DNA of 19,134 nucleotides, taken from NCBI GenBank assembly GCA_046758705.1, contig JBHIAT010000060.1:1-19134 (forward strand), given 5' to 3'. Under the pieces are notes generated by a model. It ran no database searches and was not told the origin of the DNA. It was given only the letters and a program-made list of their open reading frames with translations. Shown piece after piece: positions 14,504-19,134 of the stretch (position 1 is its first letter; each line of letters starts with the position of its first letter). This DNA comes from Candidatus Bipolaricaulia bacterium (lineage in GTDB: Bacteria; Bipolaricaulota; Bipolaricaulia; JBHIAT01). A program made the position numbers and the translations under genes.

Positions 14504-15166
14504 TTAGAAGCGGATCATCACTCCCCCCTTGGCTGTCATGCCCGGTTCCATATCCCCCGGGAACGGTAGATGGCCCAAGGGCACCCTAAAGCCGATTCCA
14601 CCAAATAAGGTGAAGATGCGGAAGTTCAGATGGAGACCCGCTGAACCGACCAATGAGAGTGTGTATGGGGTTCGCTCAAACATATCCCAGGTCCCTCCCC
14701 TGATGAGATCCTCACTCGTGCCTTCTCCCATGGCAATTACAACTCCGACTCCAGCACCGCCGTAGAACCGCACGTTCCCCCGACCGATATAGTACAGTAA
14801 CAATCCGTCGATGGGGATCATCGTGAGTGCATTGATCGTGTCTCTTCCCTCTATCTCACCCGTGTCAGGATTCACCCACTCCGACACAAACGTCTCCCCG
14901 TTCAGCACATCCGCGTACCCGACAGTCAATCGCAGATGTACGGTAGGGCGGAGCGACGTCTGGACCAGCAGGCCGGGAAGGATCTCTTCCACCCGTTTAT
15001 CTTTTTCTGGACCACCACCCCAAAAGATGAAGCTGAACATGCCCGCCTCGCCACCGATATACGATTCGGCCAATCCTCTTTCCTGAGCCTGGGCTACATC
15101 GTTAAGCCCAACCAGAACTCCCAATAAGACTAAAACACCTGCCACTATCACTATCCCTTTCTTCAT
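14504..15166 (-). CDS. putative outer-membrane beta-barrel protein
   Basis: Signal peptide MKKGIVIV...AQA, alternating amphipathic strands (FYGGAGVGV, GLHLNF, LFGGIGFRV) and a C-terminal Phe (GGVMIRF). RBS GAGGTG before ATG 15166. Confidence 0.72.
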   Translation of the reverse strand: MKKGIVIVAGVLVLLGVLVGLNDVAQAQERGLAESYIGGEAGMFSFIFWGGGPEKDKRVEEILPGLLVQTSLRPTVHLRLTVGYADVLNGETFVSEWVNPDTGEIEGRDTINALTMIPIDGLLLYYIGRGNVRFYGGAGVGVVIAMGEGTSEDLIRGGTWDMFERTPYTLSLVGSAGLHLNFRIFTLFGGIGFRVPLGHLPFPGDMEPGMTAKGGVMIRF

Positions 15167-15296
15167 CAAACTCACCTCTTCAAGAATGTTCAGTCAGTTA
15201 TATCGGATCACAGTCGCCAAAGGAGATCAAGCGCCTTTGTCTACTCCGGAGAGGTATTTTGTCCTCCAGCGTGTTCTCAGCGCCCTGTTCCGGTTT

Positions 15297-15433
15297 GTCG
15301 GGACAACGCTCACCTTTTCAGCGAACGTAGGTCCCGTCTCTCAGTCACGAAGTGGATGTTCTAGGTGAACACATGTCCTTCTATCCAGAGAGGAATGGAG
15401 ACTAGACTCTTGAGGATGGCAAAGGAGGGGTAA
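15297..15433 (+). repeat. ~130-bp repeated element, copy 3 (upstream of an Hsp20/GvpH-like gene)
   Basis: Full-length match to copy 1 at 10125-10256. Confidence 0.9.
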
Positions 15434-15442
15434 GGAGTCAAT

Positions 15443-16030
15443 ATGCCTAAAAGGGCTGGGAAAGAACCCAAGTCTGAGATTGCCGAGGAATTCTTTAAGG
15501 AGCTGGGATTAGGGGGTTTGATCGACAGGTTAAAGAGATCCGAAGTCTTCAGGAAGCGGATGGAGGAAGTCAATCGCCAGATCGAGGAGAACCTGGAGCG
15601 AGGGGTTGAGGGTGGGCAGGTCCGCCCACGGGTCAGATACGGCTTTTCGATGAGAACGCTGACGAGCCGCCCTTCCCAGGGTCTAAAGGAACGCTGGACG
15701 CCGAGAGGCAGGCAGGGGAGGGAGAAGCAACCGCAGGAACCCGAGCCGTTTGTCGAAACCTTCGATGAGGGCGGTTTTATTGACGTGATCGCCACCTTCC
15801 CCGGAGTCGAGGAGGAGCAACAGCTTAAGGTGGAAGTGAAGGAGAACGTGTTGCTGTTATCCGCCGGTTCTTATCGTGAGGAGATCGAGCTGCCGGGTCC
15901 GGTGAGGGGTAAGCCCCAGGTGCGGTTCAAAAACGGGGTGTTCGGCATCAAGCTGGAAAAGCAGGGTCAAGATAACGGTCGAGATCGACGAAAAGAACTA
16001 GAAACGGGGCCTGGGCCTGGCGAGACTTAA
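15443..16030 (+). CDS. Hsp20/alpha-crystallin family protein, GvpH-like
   Basis: LGLGGLID...YGFSMRTL...EPFVETFDEGGFIDVIATFPGVE...IELPGPV...FKNGVFGIKLEK. RBS AAGGAG. Confidence 0.85.
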   Translation: MPKRAGKEPKSEIAEEFFKELGLGGLIDRLKRSEVFRKRMEEVNRQIEENLERGVEGGQVRPRVRYGFSMRTLTSRPSQGLKERWTPRGRQGREKQPQEPEPFVETFDEGGFIDVIATFPGVEEEQQLKVEVKENVLLLSAGSYREEIELPGPVRGKPQVRFKNGVFGIKLEKQGQDNGRDRRKELETGPGPGET

Positions 16031-16164
16031 TAGACCGTTGACCGGATAAGACAGGATATAAGTCCTGGATTAATGGGACTACTGGAATTTAAGTATAAGT
16101 CACCGCTCACAAAGGCCAACAACGGGCTTCTCAGAACATGCTGAGAAACTGGAGGAGGGGACGG

Positions 16165-16383
16165 ATGCACGCTGAGGTCTGGTTGTTGTGGGAAACCCCG
16201 ATGGGGACGAAGCAGGATGTGCGGATCGGTACGGTCGAGGGCTGTAGAAAGATTGACCTGCTCGGAAAAGCCCGGGAGCTGGTCCGCAAGTCGGAGGCGT
16301 CCCAGGAGGAATACCCGGACGCGGTGAAGTTGATCGAACTGAGAGGCGATGGCATAGGTGACCCGAGAACGTTTTTCCCATGA
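16165..16383 (+). CDS. hypothetical protein (72 aa)
   Basis: Strong RBS GGAGGAGG before ATG 16165 and protein-like composition. No recognised motif. Confidence 0.55.
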   Translation: MHAEVWLLWETPMGTKQDVRIGTVEGCRKIDLLGKARELVRKSEASQEEYPDAVKLIELRGDGIGDPRTFFP

Positions 16384-16401
16384 GGAGATGGTTAATCCCT
16401 C

Positions 16402-16437
16402 GCTACGTTCACTGAAAAGGTGAGCGTTGACCCGACC
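16402..16437 (-). repeat. partial inverted copy 4 of the repeated element (5' ~36 bp)
   Basis: Reverse complement GGGTCGGGTCAACGCTCACCTTTTCAGTGAACGTAG matches the start of copies 1-3. Confidence 0.85.
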
Positions 16438-16559
16438 CGCCTGCCTGTCCGTTCCTCGCTGGCACTTTGACACCTCCCGAGCAGATGGAGTGGAGATCTG
16501 CGGGGGACCTCTGTCCTGTTATTCCTGAGGGATGACGGTTAAGCTGAAGCTGAAAGGAA

Positions 16560-17093
16560 GTGAGATCCATGTTGATGTTGAGCATCGCAACCAGAGGCAG
16601 GGCAATCATCGCTGTGTTCACGGTCTTGGGGCTCGTATCGCTCGCCCTGTACGCCGTCCCGTTCGGGGGATACGCCGGCGAAGAAGCTGAGGTCGAACAC
16701 CTGTACTTCAACAACTTCGCCGAACTGCCCTCCGTGTTTCAGTATATGTGGGACAGGGTGCAGAATGAGGGATGGACATGGCTCGTCTACTTCCATCGTG
16801 AACTCAACGGGTATACGGCCGGGGAGGAGTCCTATGAATTCGATCACGCCGTTCACTACGCGGTCTCTTACACGTTCTTCTCACCACAACCCTACGGAGT
16901 CTCGGTCGTCTACATTATCGACGTCACCGGTCGGGTATTGCTCGCCTTATTAGGGGAGAACTATAACCCATCGGACCCTACGGAGTACGATCTCACCTAT
17001 TGGGATCATGAGCGCAAACAGTTGTTGAAAATCCACGTAGGGAGCTACGATCACCCGGATCCACTGTTCACCTCCCGCACAACGCCTTCCTGA
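16560..17093 (+). CDS. hypothetical exported or membrane-anchored protein
   Basis: N-terminal hydrophobic segment AIIAVFTVLGLVSLALYAVPF followed by a Tyr-rich soluble domain. Start is 16560 or 16569. Confidence 0.65.
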   Translation: MRSMLMLSIATRGRAIIAVFTVLGLVSLALYAVPFGGYAGEEAEVEHLYFNNFAELPSVFQYMWDRVQNEGWTWLVYFHRELNGYTAGEESYEFDHAVHYAVSYTFFSPQPYGVSVVYIIDVTGRVLLALLGENYNPSDPTEYDLTYWDHERKQLLKIHVGSYDHPDPLFTSRTTPS

Positions 17094-17152
17094 TCGCTCT
17101 CTATTGAACAACTATACGCATCATGGGAAAATAGGACATGAGGTAGATTTGC

Positions 17153-17692
17153 ATGCGCCAGTTGATCTACGTCCCGATACTGCACACCCCGGAGGATATG
17201 GGCTCGTTAGCCGAGAGACTCAGGGAGGAATACATCGCCCGGATCGGGGAATCTGAATGGCGTCAACATCTTGAGGAGATTGACAACCTCTGGGCTCGGA
17301 TCAGGGAGAAGATCCTCGCGTTCCCGTTGGACTGGAAAACGGTCAAGGTTTATCAGGATGGATTGCCCCAATGCGGCAGGGAGCTCGAGATCACCGCAGA
17401 GTTGGCGAACACAGGGAGCAAAAACTACCAATTGGTTCTGGATCTGGTGGCAAAGGGGGCCAGGCTCATAGGGACTGAAGATCCGAACCTCCTGGTTGAG
17501 GAGTACAGTCATCTTAAGGGGAAACGGACGCAGCCCAAACACAGCCTGGATCTGCTCGTTCAGCGGGATGAATACATGGCAAACCGGATCGCTGAGACGT
17601 TGAATGAAGGTGAGACGGGTATCCTGTTCTTAGGGGTGCTCCATCGGGTGGATAAGAGATTGCCTGGAGATATCAAGGTCACTCATCTTTAA
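17153..17692 (+). CDS. hypothetical protein, TraB/TIKI/ChaN-like motif pattern
   Basis: LIYVPILH...VYQDGLP...RDEYMANRIAETL...GILFLGVLH. RBS GAGGT. The fold assignment is inference. Confidence 0.7.
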   Translation: MRQLIYVPILHTPEDMGSLAERLREEYIARIGESEWRQHLEEIDNLWARIREKILAFPLDWKTVKVYQDGLPQCGRELEITAELANTGSKNYQLVLDLVAKGARLIGTEDPNLLVEEYSHLKGKRTQPKHSLDLLVQRDEYMANRIAETLNEGETGILFLGVLHRVDKRLPGDIKVTHL

Positions 17693-17702
17693 CCCGTTAT
17701 AT

Positions 17703-19133
17703 TCAGATACTCGATCCTTTGTGCCACAGCACCTCTTCCAGCGAGGTGATGCCACTGATGACCTTATGCAAACCATCTTCGATGAGGGTGGTCATCCCAC
17801 TGTTGATCGCTTCCCGAGCGATCTCCTCATCAGAAGCCCCCTGCACGATCATATCCCGGGTCCATTCGTCGATGACGAACAGCTCGAAGATGCCGGTCCT
17901 TCCCCGGTATCCCCGGTTGCTGCACCGAGGACAGCCGACCGGACGATAGATCGTTCCGACCGGCTCGACCGCCCCGCGAAGGTGCGCTTCGAGGATCTTC
18001 CGTTCCCATTCCTCCGGTTGAACCGGCTGTTTGCAATTGCTACAGAGCTTACGGACAAGCCGCTGGGCGATCACCCCGTTCAGCGCAGCGGCCAGCAGGT
18101 AGAGCTCCACACCCATGTTGAGCAGTCGCGATACCGCCCCGAGGGCCGAATGGGTGTGAAGCGTCGAGAAGACGAGGTGGCCGGTGAGCGCGGCGCGCAT
18201 GGCCATCTGGACCGTCTGCTCGTCACGGATCTCCCCGACCATGATCACGTCTGGATCCTGCCTGAACAGGTATCGAAGTGCATGGGCGAAATCGATTTTC
18301 TTCCCCGAGTTGACTCGAGCTTGATTGACATTCTCAATCCGGTATTCCGGAGGATCCTCGATGGTGGTGATGTTGATCTTGGGGGAGCTGATCGCCTTGA
18401 GGCTGGCGGTCAGCGTGGTCGTCTTTCCGCTCCCGCTGGGTCCGGTGGCCAGGATGAGACCGGAGGGATCGTGAATCAGCTGCTGGTACTGATGGAGCGT
18501 CTCCCCTTGCAACCCGAGTTCCTCAATCGAGAAGGTGATCATGGGGTTCAGCACGCGCAAGACGATCTTCTCACCGTAGATGAACGGGAAGATCGACACG
18601 CGAAGCTCGCGCTCCTCCAGCGCGATACTGCCGTCCTGGGGAGTCTCCTTCTCAGGGATGTCGAGATCGGCCATGACCCGAACCCGGCCAACCAGTTCTT
18701 TGTGAATATCCATGGGGAATCGCGCCACTCCTTGCAGGACCCCGTCGATGCGATAACGTACCTGAAGCTGATCGGCGAGCGGTTCGATGTGGATGTCGCT
18801 GGCCTCTCGTCGCAGCGCTTCGTTGATGATCGCCTCCACGATCTGGCTGACCGGCATATCGTCGGTCACCTGGGTGAGCGGGGGAATCCTCTCCTTCCGC
18901 ACCCCGGGACGCCTGAGCCACATTCGGCCGTAAGTGGTCTCGATCTTCCGTTTGATCTCGGAGGGGGTGGAGACACGCGGCTTGATCTTCATACCCGTCT
19001 GGGACCGCAGATCATCGATGATCGTGACGTCATTGGGGTCGCCGATCGCCACCATCAGCTGGTTGCCAATCTTCTGGATCGGCATCACGATCTTGCGGCG
19101 GGCAAAATCCTTATCGACCAACGCCAGCGCTTC
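17703..19133 (-). CDS. type II/IV secretion assembly ATPase (GspE/PilB family), 5' end outside window
   Basis: ASDIHIEP, RYRIDGVL, Walker A GPSGSGKT, TIEDPPEY, RQDPDVIMVGEIRD, STLHT and tetracysteine CSNC/CPRC. The frame is open to the window edge. Confidence 0.95.
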   Translation of the reverse strand, partial: EALALVDKDFARRKIVMPIQKIGNQLMVAIGDPNDVTIIDDLRSQTGMKIKPRVSTPSEIKRKIETTYGRMWLRRPGVRKERIPPLTQVTDDMPVSQIVEAIINEALRREASDIHIEPLADQLQVRYRIDGVLQGVARFPMDIHKELVGRVRVMADLDIPEKETPQDGSIALEERELRVSIFPFIYGEKIVLRVLNPMITFSIEELGLQGETLHQYQQLIHDPSGLILATGPSGSGKTTTLTASLKAISSPKINITTIEDPPEYRIENVNQARVNSGKKIDFAHALRYLFRQDPDVIMVGEIRDEQTVQMAMRAALTGHLVFSTLHTHSALGAVSRLLNMGVELYLLAAALNGVIAQRLVRKLCSNCKQPVQPEEWERKILEAHLRGAVEPVGTIYRPVGCPRCSNRGYRGRTGIFELFVIDEWTRDMIVQGASDEEIAREAINSGMTTLIEDGLHKVISGITSLEEVLWHKGSSI

Positions 19134-19134
19134 G

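Noticed and set aside
16384-16400. Fluoride riboswitch-like start GGAGATGG
   Set aside because: The complementary CTCC arm and downstream conserved motifs are missing.
10114-16437. CRISPR array or integron attC array interpretation of the repeats
   Set aside because: Copies are long, divergent, irregularly spaced and one is inverted. No cas or integrase gene and no clear RYYYAAC/GTTRRRY boundaries.

Overview
Most of this window (27-13058, + strand) is a large gas vesicle (gvp) locus: gvpN, a small wHTH protein, a GvpF/L protein fused to a C-terminal J-domain (HPD), gvpF, gvpG, gvpO, a tandem two-domain ArsA/Get3-like ATPase, gvpJ with a CxxC...CxxC tail, gvpK, gvpL, gvpM, a cluster-encoded Hsp70 paralog, a GRAM/PH-like + wHTH + alpha-crystallin fusion and GvpH/Hsp20-like genes. 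The major shell gene gvpA is not recognisable here and probably lies upstream. From about 10.1 to 17.7 kb the region is a mosaic. It holds a GC-richer fragment of a second gvp cluster truncated at both ends, a hairpin-rich 0.5 kb non-coding stretch, a DUF5678-like/aspartyl-protease gene pair with a clear sigma70 promoter, an outer-membrane beta-barrel gene, further Hsp20-like paralogs and hypotheticals. A ~130-bp element recurs three times, plus one partial inverted copy. The window ends in a partial PilB/GspE ATPase on the - strand. The most notable system-level signal is an apparently dedicated proteostasis module (Hsp70, a J-domain tethered to GvpF/L, four alpha-crystallin domains and a Get3-like ATPase) built into the gas vesicle operon. 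All family calls come from motif recognition by eye; no searches were run.
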